Below, piece by piece: positions 25,701 to 38,330 of a stretch of DNA of 64,000 nt. The stretch covers positions 62,496,001-62,560,000 of the forward strand of contig OZ336876.1 of NCBI GenBank assembly GCA_965287045.1, written 5' to 3'. The DNA is from Carcharhinus amblyrhynchos (lineage: Eukaryota). The notes beneath the pieces were generated by a model that saw only the letters and a list, made by a program, of their open reading frames with translations, did not search any database and was not told the DNA's origin. Every line of letters begins with the position of its first letter. Position 1 is the first letter of the stretch. Both the position numbers and the translations under genes were made by a program.

Positions 25701-25724
25701 CAACATTCAAAGAAAAAAAGAAAT

Positions 25725-26250
25725 AAGCAAATTTATACAATGCTTTTCAGGACCACAGAGTGTCCCAAAGTGCTTCACAGCAAATAAACTACTTTTGGAG
25801 TGTAATCGCTACTAAAATGAAGGAAACATGGTGGCATTGTGGTTAGCACTGCTGCCTCACACCGCCAGGGTCCTGGGTTCAAATCCACTGTCTGTGTGGA
25901 GTTTGCACGTTCTCCGCTTGCTCTGTGTGGGTTTCCTCTACAGTCTAAAGATGGTCAGGTGGATTGGCCATGCTAAATTACCCCTTAGAGTCCAGAGATT
26001 TGGAGGTTAGGTGGATTAGCAATGGTAAATGTGCAGGGTCACGAGGATTGGGCAGGAATTGGGCCTGGGGAAGATGCTCTTTTGGAGAGTCTGTGAGATG
26101 CGATAGGCCAAATGGCGTCTTTCTGCACTGTAGGAATTGCATGGTTCTATAACTTTCACACAGCAAGCTCCAACAAATAGCAATATGATAATGACCAGAT
26201 AAACAATTTTGAATTGTTATTGAGGGATAAACATTGGTCAGAACATGGAC
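25725..26250 (-). mobile_element. old L2-tailed SINE (Deu-SINE-like) split by an HE1 SINE
   Basis: Tail tgtcccaaagtgcttcacag and body cacagcaagctcc…aatgaccagata; a related + strand fragment lies at 62750-62915. Confidence 0.55.
25828..26151 (+). mobile_element. HE1-type V-SINE
   Basis: ggtggcattgtggttagcactgctgcctcac head, V-domain, CR1-like tail. Confidence 0.88.
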
Positions 26251-27509
26251 CACAATTTTACATTCCTCCACCTCACCACTCCCCTGCGTGGCTATAGCCA
26301 CAATAATACTTATGATGTTTAACACCATTAAGGTCAATGCATTTGATTAGGGCTTCAGCCACTGAATTCAATATCACAGACACACTGTGCTAAAGTAAGC
26401 AGTCTAACCAGGATGCACTATAGTAATGTATCTAATTTATATCTCATTTTGAAAATTTAAAAAAAGTTTTACATGATTTTTATCTAAAACATGCTAGGTG
26501 TGTGCTAATTAAGTTGTGCCCCAGGGTATGATGCTCTGCATGCTGGAGCATCAAACTACAATGCAGTGGAGCTGGAGAATATTGCCTTCTTTCCATAGCT
26601 CCTCACTACACAATACCCCTGCTCACCACCATCCCATCACCTCCATTCAATTGATCATCTGCATGTGTATGGGGAATGGAGATCAATCCAGGATAGAGGA
26701 AAGAGGACATCTTGCTTTGGCGGTTGATTGCCTGTATAGACTACTGTGGCTAAACTCTCACTATTTCTGTAGGCTGGACTGATGATGAGGAATAAATATA
26801 TGGGGACACATTATCGAGGAGTAGTGAGCTGCCAGTATTATCTTCAAAGCACAGAAGGGCTTATGTTCACCCGAACTGGGCCAATTATAATTCTTGCACC
26901 CATAATGGCTCCAGCAGCTGATAAATGTGTCACTGTTTTCTCTTTCACAGTGCACTGATCCTGCAATTTAAAACCAAATATAGGAGATGATTTGAAGCAA
27001 TGATGCCTTTTGACATCCCACATTAAACACTCACAATCATGTAGGACAGGGCAAGAGGAGCTAGTCTGGTCAGGTGAATTCTAGCCTCAGTGTCAGTCTC
27101 CTGCTACAATTGCTCAATGTTCAATTTCTTAAATAGTGAGTCATACCTCAGATCTCTAAGTAAGATTATAAACTAATTATTTCAGTGTACTCCATTAATG
27201 GAATGCAGTATGTATATTTCAAATTCCACGATAAGATTAAAATCATTGAAACCTTCAGTAAGTGCAGTATGCACCTGGCTGAAATTTTCCCTTGTTCCTT
27301 GCTATTGGTTTGTCTGAGTCATGATTGCTAACCGCCCATCGACCGATTGGATTCAGCATCATGATTTCTTTTTAAATCGAGTTTTGTGTGCCTGTTTCGT
27401 AGTTGAAAATTGTTAACTTCCATTTCAGCAGGTCACAAGCTGTTGGTTTATTCTGTCTTTAGTAAGGCAGTAGGCTTTGCTATCATTTAGAGCTGCTTTC
27501 AATTGGATG

Positions 27510-27707
27510 CAGCATGGTGGCACAGTGGTAAGCCCTGCTACCTCACTGTGCCAGGGACACGGGCGATTGGCCATGTTAAATTTCCCCTTAATGTCAGGGA
27601 GATTTGCAGGGTAAATATATAGGATTACAGGGATGGGTCTGGGTGGGATTGTTGTCAGTGCAAGCTTGATGGGCCGAATAGCCTCCTTCAGCACCGTAGG
27701 TATTCTA
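27510..27707 (+). mobile_element. internally deleted HE1-type SINE
   Basis: Head gcagcatggtggcacagtgg joined directly to gattggccatg…; tail present. Confidence 0.85.
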
Positions 27708-28277
27708 AATTGAAATAATTGTGAACGTGGTTGGTTAGAGGGAATAGATAAGCAATGGGATTTAAGGGCAAGATAGCTGAGAAAAAAGTTTTTAGGCGGA
27801 AGAAATAAGCAAACAGGTGGCAGGTTTGTTAATTTTAGAGTTTAGAATCTTAAGACAACAAAGCATTGCTAAATCGTGTCTCTATTAGGGGAGAATTCAG
27901 TTTCATACATTCCCTATTGTGTTTATTTTTGGGTGTCCCATCTTAGGAAGTATACTCTGGCCTTGGAGACTGATCTATATTCAGAAACTGGGTTACTTGG
28001 ATTATGTTTCCTAGAGATGAGGTCTTTATGTGGTAAGTGGATTAAGCTGTTCAATAAAATGAAGGTACCTGCTAAGGGAGATAGGGAACAACTGGGGGAA
28101 AGAAACAACAGAAAATGATGAAAACACTCAACTGTGGAGAGAGAAACAGAGTTAATGGGCAAGATTATAACTCACTCAATGTTCATCTATTTGCACAAGT
28201 GATTGGCCATGTTAAATTTCCCCTTAATGTCAGGGAGATTTGCAGGGTAAGTATGAAGGGTTAAAATAGGACCTGTT

Positions 28278-28423
28278 GAGTGGGATTTTCCACCCCCTCA
28301 CCCCATGTAGGCAGCCCAACATTGGGGTTTCCCATTCTATGCACCCCTGCCATCAGGAAACGCGCGGCATGATCTTGCTGCTGTGGAAGATCCTGCTGCA
28401 AGAACAACCAGAAAATTCCACCC
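28278..28423. mobile_element. short Harbinger-type MITE
   Basis: TIRs gagtgggattttc … gaaaattccaccc. Confidence 0.65.
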
Positions 28424-29581
28424 ACTGTTTACATTGATTTCTGCCAATTCCAACACTATAATAACAATCAATTGACATTAGTTTATATTGCAATCTTAAC
28501 TATTTCCAATTAAAAACATCTAATACATTTTCTTTCTAATCTCTACTGGCAAAAATAAATTGGAATGTCAGATTTCTTCAGGCAAGTTTACTTTTACAGA
28601 AGGGAATGATACTTCTATAATGTTGCTATTGTAATTGATAACGTATTGTGTTTCCAAACAGGGAGAGTCAAGGCAAAAGAACACTGACTATCTGTCACAC
28701 ACAAACTGAGCAAAATGTGGCTAGGGGAAGTTGGTATGCTGTGCAGCCTTGGAATTAGTTGCCAGACTCTGATAGAGAATGAATGACTTGTTAGATTGAA
28801 GCAATCCAGGCAGATGGACATGGCAATGTATCATCTCCTTCAGCATGAACAACAAACTTTCATTGAACTCTAACCTCTTACAGCTCTTGTTATGAGTGCA
28901 AGATTTTATAAATGGTTATGTTTTTGACTGTATTTTAAATTCAAGATAAAATGGAGTACTGAACAGAGAAATATGTGGTCTGCTATGAGCTTTATCTAAC
29001 AAGAAACCTTTGTGGCTTGGTTACCTTGCAGACCTGGGGCCCAGGTTGAGACTCACTGAGAATGAAGGTGCAAGATGTTCACATCAAGAAACAAAGGAAT
29101 ACATTTTCTGTCTGAGTTTTTAGTTAGAAAAAGAAACAAAGTGAGAGAGAGCGACATGTCTCAGAGACAAAAGGTTGCAGCCAATGTGGTTAGCAGGAGA
29201 GGAGAAGGCTGCTGTCCTCTGTGAACTACTAGGCAGAATGTCAAAGGGAGGACAGTCTCAAGTTGAAGAGATGCATACCATGGAAATCTAAAGACACTTA
29301 AAGATTTGTCCTAGCTTGGCCAGGAAAAGCAATTTCTGTCATGGGCCTATCTCTGGTAGTTGATTTGGGAATTTATCAGAAATCTTATAATGGTCATGGG
29401 ACATTGTAACTCACTGAATTGAAGAGAACTTAACCCACTGGAAGCTGGGACTGACTATGGATGGTTTTCTATGAAGACTGTAATCCTGTGGAGAAAGTGC
29501 TGTTTCAAATTATACGTGTAGAGTGGGATTATTGGTTATGTTAAGTCATTATTAAGGGTAATTGTTTCTGTAGTTGGAGTA

Positions 29582-30080
29582 TTAGCTCACCAACCACATC
29601 TGCAAACTTCCACCTCCCCCACCCACCCCAGCCTGGGAGACCATTGCCCAGGTGGTCAGCACGACTAGTAACCTCACTAGAAGTATCACGCAGTGCAGGA
29701 AGCAAGTGAATGATCTCATCATCTCCACCAGGGTAAGTCCTCTTTCAGTTCCCTTCACTATTAAACTCTTATCATTGCATCATGTACTCAAAGAGCAATG
29801 CTTTTCACGGATTTCACGCATCCATTAATAGAGGACATTTATCAATCCTCATTTTCTCATAGACATTTTCACATTACCATCATCCCATCTGTCATCGTGC
29901 TCACACTCCCTCCTCTAGTCCTTCTGTAGAAAATTCATCTCTTTACACAACCAAATTGTGAGAAGCACAGCAAACTGATCATGCAGGAAGTCTCTCCAGT
30001 GCATATTGCAGAGAACCGCCTGAGCGGTCCACACATATGAATCGAGGCACTGGTGAAGCAAAGAGTCAGGAAAAACAAGA
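29582..30080 (+). pseudogene. Harbinger Myb/SANT-like DNA-binding gene fragment
   Basis: 29628-29732 reads PAWETIAQVVSTTSNLTRSITQCRKQVNDLIISTR followed by donor GTAAGT, at the same exon junction as the Harbinger gene at 34158. Confidence 0.75.
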
Positions 30081-30141
30081 GGTCAGGAAGCTAGACCTGG
30101 GAAAAGCAAGGAGCTGAAGAGCAGGATTGGAGGGTAGCAAG

Positions 30142-30966
30142 TGTTGTGGTTTAGGTCGGAAACTCCAAAGCATTTTATGGAGCCCACCTGGATCATAAGT
30201 TTTGCATCTTGAATTTGGATAGGATAAGCATGATATGTTTTACTACAGGTATGATTTAAATGACTCACTAGGGAGTTTTTAATCAAACAAAGTTTATTTA
30301 AGAATATAGTTAACATATATAATAAGAACATTAGCAAGAACTTTTATCAATTACAAGTAAGAAACAAAACAACCACTTTAATGTATAACCCTTAACAAAT
30401 CCATCGAATGTGTTCCAATCAAACCAATCCCATAGACAAAGGACCATTTTCACACGTTTAACACTGCAAAGACTAATGCTCACGTGATACTGGACTTGAG
30501 TCTTTTGGATGATCTATCTCTGGATAGATTCAGAACAGGTTGAAGTCAGAACAGCTTCCCAAAATATCAGGGACTCTAGGCAGTCACCAACACAGATTCC
30601 CCCTTTCAGAAAGGCAAGATCTTGCTTTCAGATAACCAGCAAAATTTTCAAAACCATGGAGAGAGAGAGACTTCTTTTCAGTTTGCTGTCCCTTCTAAAA
30701 CTCAACTCCATCTGCAGCCAAACAGAAAATTAAACCTTAAATTTATTGGAAAGAAAAGAAAATCTATCCAAAAACACATGACAATCCTCCCTAACAATGC
30801 AGGATTGTAAAACAACCTAGATTTAAAACAAACAGACACCTTTTAAGCTACTGACGGAGCAACAAAAAGACCCCTCATTGACACTTGGAAACTGAAAAAG
30901 GTCTGCTTACAACTGCAGAGAACAGGATTTTAAAAAAAACTTTATTAAAGGTATGCTAACTTCACA
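30142..30966 (-). mobile_element. solo LTR (825 bp)
   Basis: TGT…ACA termini; 4-bp TSD CAAG at 30138-30141 and 30967-30970; AATAAA on the minus strand near 30295. Confidence 0.8.
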
Positions 30967-31079
30967 CAAGGAGCCAAAGAGTGGGACCTGGGGGAAGGAA
31001 GGAACCTGTGTGACCAATTGGGCCATTACATTAGAAAATTCCTGCTGAGTGGCAGAAGGATCTTTTGTCACCACGGCAC

Positions 31080-31350
31080 TGGATGACGATTGTGTCATGG
31101 TAAGGAGCCAATCATTCAGGACTGAAATCAGGAGAAATTTCACTGAAAGTTTGTGAAGTTTTTGAATTCTCATCCCAGAGGGTTCTGGAAACTTCCATTG
31201 TTAAACGCAGAATGGAATTAAGAGATATAGGGAGCAGAGAGGAAAATGGAACTGAAGGCCAGGATCAACCATGATCAAATTGAATGGCAGAGCAGGTTAT
31301 ACAGACTGTATAGTCTATTCCTGCTCTTATTTCTTGTGTTCTTGTATTAT
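31080..31350 (+). mobile_element. CR1 3' tail fragment
   Basis: ttcaggactgaaatcaggagaaatttc…ccatgatc…gaatggc…cctgctcttatttcttgtgtt. Confidence 0.75.
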
Positions 31351-33912
31351 CTTTTCACAAAAATGACCACCATTTTGTAACTGTTAACAAGAGATCAGAA
31401 CACAGGTCACTTCCTGCTAAATTATTCTTTGTGACCTTTAGAAAGAATGTGTTTGTGCTTTTTAGATACTGTTTCATTTAATATTGTTGAGTCAGCGAAA
31501 GATATGATTGAGGTCATTGTTGAATTCTCAGAGGATGAATATGACCTTTAACTCGGAGTACTTTCAGTTTAGAATGCACATCTGAGCAAAAATAAAATTA
31601 TACATCATCCTAGTTTGTATCAATGGAATCACCCATTGCTGTGACATTTTACTGGTGAGTACAATTTAATGTATGCAATGCCAGATGTAATACAATTATT
31701 AAAATCATGTGATAGGAAAACATGATGGGCACCAAATTCAGTGCTTCAGTGCACATTTTCTTGGCGCTACAAGTGCTGTTTTGACTCAAAAATGAAATCT
31801 GCAGTGCATGTGCACACACTTGGTGGGGTTGTTGGTACCCATGCAATGAGGATCTGCTGGAGGTATAAAGCTATGCAGATCCTTATGCCAGTCAGCGTGT
31901 ACCGCTGAATTGGCACCATTCTGGAGATCCACACTCAAATTATTGCCCTTCCCTAACCACACACAGCCAACCACATATTCAGCAGCAGAGAAGCCATTTA
32001 GAGGGAACATCAACAAATCGCAGTTTAGTTGTAGAAGTGTTCACTGGTTCTCAAAGTTGTTTAGCATTGCTGACATCTACAGGGAGTGATGTGGCACATG
32101 CTGAAGGACTTTGCTCTGACTTCAAAGATTCTGTACACACTGTGTGTTCTGAGACATGGGTGCAATAGTTTGCATTCGCCTTGGTCTACACTGCGGCATG
32201 GCAGGAAGAATGAGCGGTTGTGACACAGAGCAGGAAAAACTGCTGGAGATGTAAAGGGGGAGAGGAGAGGGGTTGAATGGCTCTCAGTAGGAGGAGAGGA
32301 TGCAAATGCGTTGGGTATTCAGGGAACAATGATCTTACCTGACTTCTGCAGTTCACCATCCACTATTGCTTGAGAGAGATCACTGAGCCTCTGTATTCCA
32401 AGAGAGATGAATATGTCTTGGCAGCGAGTGCAAATGGCTTCACAAAGATTGCAGTCTTCCCCCTGATAGAGGGTGCCATTAACTGCATGCGCATTGCTTT
32501 GTGGGCAGCACATGTCAACCTTGAGATGTACCACAACTGAAAGGAATCCAATTCCTAATATCCAGCAGGTGTGCGACACACATTAAATATCATGCAGTTC
32601 CTGGCAGTATTCGTGATGCTTCCACTCTGCAGTACTCTGCTGTACCATCTGCATTTGTGATTCCACAGAAAATCAGAGAGTAGCTGCTGGGTAATAAGGT
32701 TTATCCTTTTAAGTTAAGGTTCATGACATGACGTCAGTGTGCAGCTTACACACAGCATGCACAGAATGAAACCCAAACTGCCATACATAATGTGATGGAG
32801 TAGCTTACTGGGGCGCTTAAACAGCACTCCTGCTGCTTGACGCACACTGAAGCAGTCCTGTATATTTTGTAAAGCTCATGTCAAGATTTCTGATGCTCTC
32901 CTGAAAGCTGCATGACTTCATCATCATGAGGGCACAGTCCTTGCCACCAACTATATGGCAAGTAGCTGAACTGCAGGAAGAGGAAGAGGGGTAGACACCA
33001 GCCCCTTTCTGGACAGTAATATGGACAGCAAAATGCGCCTGATGTTGGATATTTGAAATGGAAACCAAAATTGATGACAATGCTAAACAAATCAGGAAGC
33101 ATCTGTGGAGAGAGGAACAGAGTTAATGTTTCAGGTCTATGGGCCTTACTTTACCATTTTGATTCGAACTGCTGGGCGGAGTTGAAACTGGGAATGTTTC
33201 AGATCTGTTCTCAGGTGCCCCCGTATACACTCTGCCTGAAAAATATCAGCAATTCCGAATCGCGCTGCACAAGCCTGTGGGCAGGGCTTAATGCGCTTTA
33301 AACCCTGCAGTTCTGATCGATGCCTCCAACTGCATGAGCGCAGAAAATAAAATGATAGAATGTAGCTCCCCCGCCACATCCCTCCAGATAATGCTTCACC
33401 CCAACAACGTTACTGACCCCCTTATCCCCTCCCCTGCCACCCAGGCCAATCGTGGGCCTCTTCCCCCCACCCCACCCTCTGATCTCAGGGAGCATGTCAG
33501 CAGACCCCTTTCCTCCCACCAATCTCAGGCAGAGTGACAGCGGATCCCCCCCTTCCTCCCCTGATATCAAGCAGAGAGATCCACCCACACCCCTCCATCT
33601 TACAGATGTCAGGCAGAGTGATCCCCCTCTCCCCCACCCTGGACCCTCCTGCAGAAGGCCCTCATCTCCTACGGATTCTGATGGCTGTGTGACCCTTCCC
33701 TCTCTTTCCCCTGTCCCCAATCACTGAGGCACTGATCCACCATCTTACCACCCCCCCTTCTCCCCCAACCCCCAATCAGCACTCCTGCAAGTGCTCACTT
33801 GCCTTCCCCTCAATGCTAACAATCAAACTGCATGGAACTTGCTGGAATGCTCTGCCAAACTGCCTGCAGCTGATCTGCCCTAATGAGGGGCAGCTCCATT
33901 AAAAACTCAAGA

Positions 33913-36603
33913 ATGGACAGACGGGCAGTGCAGGACAATATGCGTATGAGCAGCCCTTGTTTTGCTGAGGGCGATCTTGGGAGGATACTAGGTCCAGCAG
34001 AGACAAGGCGGGGGGGAGCCCAGGAGCATGCAGACTCGGGGGGCTGATGGAAATGCGGCCTGGGAGGCAGTCGCTGTCTTGGTCAGTGCCAGGGCACTGG
34101 CCCCCGAACCGGGAAGCAGTGCTGCAAAAAGGTCAATGACTTCATACAGGGAGCAAGGGTGAGTTTCTAACCCCATCTTGCATCTTTCCCCAAATCTCCC
34201 CCAGACACTGCCATGTCCAGCACTCTGCATGCACCCCAGCCCCAGATCCCCAAGCACCTTCTTCCTGTCCCCCCAGTGATCCTTATTGTGCTTGTCCTCT
34301 AAGGACCACCACCTGATACTCTGCAGTAGTCATGCCATCATTTATTTTCATGGCTCCTTCTGTCTCCACAGGAGAAGACCAACCATAACAACAGAGAGGG
34401 CAAGGACAGGGGTGGTCAGCCAGACCTTCGGGTCTTCATCGCCTTTGAGGAGCAGGCACTGGAGCTCTCAAGGGAAGGGGAGGTGTGGGCTGTAAGCAAC
34501 AGCATGGTCGGGCTGCTGTCAAGATGTGAGAATCTGTCATTCCTCTTTGAAGCGACTTCCCAGGGACATGAGTTTTCGATGTGAGGGGCAAGGTTTAAAG
34601 GAAATGTACGAGGCATGTTTATTTGTACAGAGAGAGTGGTGGGTTCCTGGAACTTGCTGTCGGGGGAGGTTGTGGAGGTAGATACGATAGTGACCTTTAA
34701 GAGGCATCTTTACAGCTACGTGAATGGGATGGGGGTAGAGCAAGGGTCCTAGAACAGATCCCTGGGGCACTCCACTGGTGACTGACCTCCATGCCGAAAA
34801 AGACCCATCCACAACCACTCTCTGCCTTCTGCAGGCAAGCCAGTTCTGGATCCACAAGGCCAAAGGCCCTTGGATCCCATGCCCTCTCACCTTCTCAAGA
34901 AGTCTTGCATGGGGGACCTTATCAAACTCCTTGCTGAAGTCCATGTACACCATGTCCACTGCACTTCCTTCGTCAATGTGTTCAGTCACATTTTCGAAGA
35001 ACTCAACTAGACTCGTAAGGCACGACCAGCCCTTGACAAAACCATGCTGACTATTCCTAATCATGTCAAACTTCTCCAAATGCTCGTAAATCTTGTCCCT
35101 CAGGAGCCTCTCCATCAGCTTACCAACCACTGAGGTCAGACTCACCGGTCGGTAATTTCCCGGGCTATCTCTGTTCCCTTTCTTGAAAATAGGAACTACA
35201 TCTGCAATCCTCCAATCTTCCGGAACCTCTCCCGTCTCCATTGACGACGCAAAGATCATCGCCAGGGGCTCTGCAATCACTTCCCTCGCCTCCCACAGTA
35301 TCCTGGGGTACATCCCATCTTCTCCCTCCCTTGCACTTAACCTTGTGTCCTATGTTGCAGGGGCAGAACCAGTTATCCCGGGGCCTTCTGGATCCCAGGC
35401 CCCTTCTGCAGCTCCTGCCCACCCTGTTCAGGACAGCTCGGATGAATCCTCGGAGGATATGGCTGAAGGGATCTCCGAGGGTGGCACAGTTTTAGCGCCA
35501 GCTTCCACTTCACAACTCACATCCCAGAAACTGACACATCAGTGGGTCCAGTTAGTGGTGAGGCTTCTGGGTCACTCTCTGGTGAGCACGCCACATCTGA
35601 TAATGTATATCGGGTGAAGGAGGGAACGTCCGAGACCTCTGACACGCAGGGACCCATCGGAGGCGAGGACTCAGCTGTCCGCAGGCTACATGCTGGGCCT
35701 CTGTCATCACTTCTCCCTCAGCTGCTAGAGATGCAGCAACAGAGCCAAGGAATGCAGGAGGGGCTGACGGCCACACTGGACCAATTGCGAGGCTGTTCGG
35801 AGGAGTCCCAAAACTTTCAGGTTGTCCAGCTATTGCCTGTCTTGTGAGCTTCCCAGGCCAGTACTGCAAGGGTGGCATCTGCAGTGGAAAGCTTGGGGCA
35901 GGAGATCCTCACCATGAGTGACAGGCTCCAAGCAATGGCCAAGTTACAGCAGGCCACAACTGAAGGACTTGAGATACTGCGGCGAATGGCTGAGAGGCTC
36001 AAGAGCTTGTAGGAGACCCAGCGGGGCAATGCTGATGCACAGCAGACTAAGGCAGCAACCCTTTAGAATGTGGCCCAATCATAGAGGGTCATGGCTGAAG
36101 GGCTACAGAGCGAGGCCCAGTCTCAGAGGGCACTTGCTACAGCCATTAACCAGGTGGCCCTCCACTCAGCTGGCCATCGCAGAAGGCTCGACCACCATGG
36201 GTAGGACGCAGGTGTTCCTCCAGGACTGGCAGTGCCAGGTAATCTGGAGCTCACTGCAGAGGCACCACCCTCCCCTGGAAGACCTAGGGGCCCACAGGAA
36301 CCCCAAGGGAGGAGGAAGGGGCCTTTCAGCCAGGAGACTGTGACTGTGGCTACACTTTCTGACTTCTCCCTTCCTCACACCAGGGCATCTCAGGATCAGC
36401 TGGATGAAGAGGGTGTCATGGAAACATCCCAGACACCTGGAAGCAAACCAGGGCCCTCAAGGTTCAGGGCCGCCAAAGGATGCCCGCCACATGCATCACA
36501 GGCCACAGGGTCAGGTAGGCAGCTGGCCCCCTCCAATTCTGAAATACATTCTGGGGAGTTATTGAGACATAGTGGTAGACCATGTAAGGTTAGGAAGTTG
36601 TAG
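33913..36603 (+). pseudogene. Harbinger Myb/SANT-like gene, 3 exons (33913-34158, 34372-34525, 35361-36603), frameshifted
   Basis: AAWEAVAVLVSA…RTGKQCCKKVNDFIQGAR|gtgagt; ag|EKTNHNNRE…PDLRVFIAFEEQALEL; acidic/low-complexity third exon. Confidence 0.8.
34550..35320. mobile_element. two CR1 fragments joined tail-to-tail in the Harbinger gene intron
   Basis: 34550-34740 is a + strand CR1 ORF2 end; 34737-35320 is a - strand RT segment (GNYRPVSLTS, YMDFSKEFDKVPH, GVPQGSVLGPLL). Confidence 0.9.
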
Positions 36604-37129
36604 TTGCACTGAGATGGCATGGGTGAAGGGCTGCACTTGTTAAATAGATATTTAAGCACCTTAATGTTTTCCATTCTCAAGTTTCTATGTTTGAACTTAT
36701 TTAAACACCTTTAATGCAATTATTAAATGTTTTTTCACCACCCGCCTATGACAGATTTGTCTTGAATAGGAATCCTCTTCCACTGATGAATGCCGGAGGG
36801 ATGCTTCATGTTGATGTCAGCTGGGGAGGCCCCTTAATGCAGTGTCACTGAGAAAAGGAAGATAATTGGTTCCCAGAACCCACAAATGATTCCCACCCCA
36901 AGGCCTAGTATGGGATTTCAGATCCCTTAACCACTACACAGACATGGGCCCCGGTGCCATTGTGCACGCGGACCTCAGGTAGGAGTCAGACTAGTTTGCA
37001 CCAGAACATCATCACCATACTGGTGCTCAGAGAGTCATCATCACACTGCTGACTGCCAAAAAACTCCCTAACACAGACTACCCAGGCCCACCACTCTGGT
37101 GTGACGATGTTGCAGGAGATAGAAGGACT

Positions 37130-38330
37130 TGGATGGGGATGAGGGATGAAACACAAGCCATTGAACCAACTGGATGATCAGGGCCTCCCTAGCTGTCCTC
37201 ACATGCCTCATTTGAGCTGCCAATGCTCCAGTGCCTGGGTGATATTCCAAGGCTTGCTCTTCCTCTGCTTCCTCCCCAGCAACGCCCAGTTGGTCAGCCT
37301 CCACGTCCTCCTCCTCCTCCAATAGGCCACCTCTCTGTAGAGCCAGGTTGTGCAGGGCACATCACACCATCACAATGCGGGAGGAGATCACAGGGCTTTA
37401 TTGAAGGGCCCCACCAGGGAGGTCCAGGTATCGGAATCTCATTTTAAGGAGCCCTGTGCACCTCTTCACTATCACGCGGGTGGCTCCATGGGCCTCATTA
37501 TAGCAGGACTCCGCCGCAGACACAGGCCTCTGCACAGGCATCATCAGCCATGTCCAAAGTGGGTAACCCATATCAGCAATGAACCAGCCCCGCAGCCTGA
37601 GTTTCTCCTCAAAGGCCTCTGGGACATACAAGCTCCTGGCAATGAAGCTGTCATGCATGCTGCCTGAGTGTCCTGAGCAGATGTGCATAATGTTCAACTA
37701 GTGAACATGAACATTCAGGGAGTGGAACCCCTTTCTGTTGATGAATCTCCATGGATTCTGTAGGGGGTCCTTAAGGGCAATGTGGTGCAGTCGATGGCCC
37801 CTGCACATTAGGCATGCCCACAATGACCTTGAAACCTACATCTCGGGCTTCCTGATAGGTCTGGTCCAGGTTAAATTGACGTTCTGGCCATCCCAGGGCT
37901 TCTGTGACCTGCTTGACATAGGTGTGCACAGCTGATTGGGAACTGCCACATACATCTCCGCTCAGGGTCTGGAAGGAGCCAGTCACATAGAATTTCAAGG
38001 TGGCTGTCAATTTGACAGCACCGAGAGTGGGTGCACATCCCCCCACCCCCCCCCACTCCCCCCACCCCCTCCCCCCACCCCCCCCACCCACTCCCCCACC
38101 AACCCCCTCCCCCCACCCCCACCCCCCCCACCCCCTCCCCCCACCCACCCACCCCCTCCCCCAGCCCCCCCACCCCCCCACCCCCCCCTCCCCCCACCTT
38201 CGAGGTGCCAGGTCCTGCAAAGGTTGCGCAGGAGTTGCACTGTCTCCTTTTTGGAGGCAGAGTCGTTGGCGGAACATGGTGTCCGATGTCTGTTCAAATG
38301 ACACTCATACACGGAACTGCCGGGATCTCT
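37130..38330 (-). pseudogene. Harbinger (HARBI1-like) DDE transposase, disrupted
   Basis: VKLTATLKFYVTGSFQ…, NRKGFHSLN, GSMHDSFI, GWFIADMGYPL…YNEAHGATRVIVKRCTGLLKMRFRYLD in ORFs 37771-38304 and 37398-37697. Confidence 0.9.
38038..38197. repeat. poly-C-rich tract (G-quadruplex-prone on the minus strand)
   Basis: ~160 nt of C-runs separated by single a/t, inside the transposase coding sequence. Confidence 0.9.
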
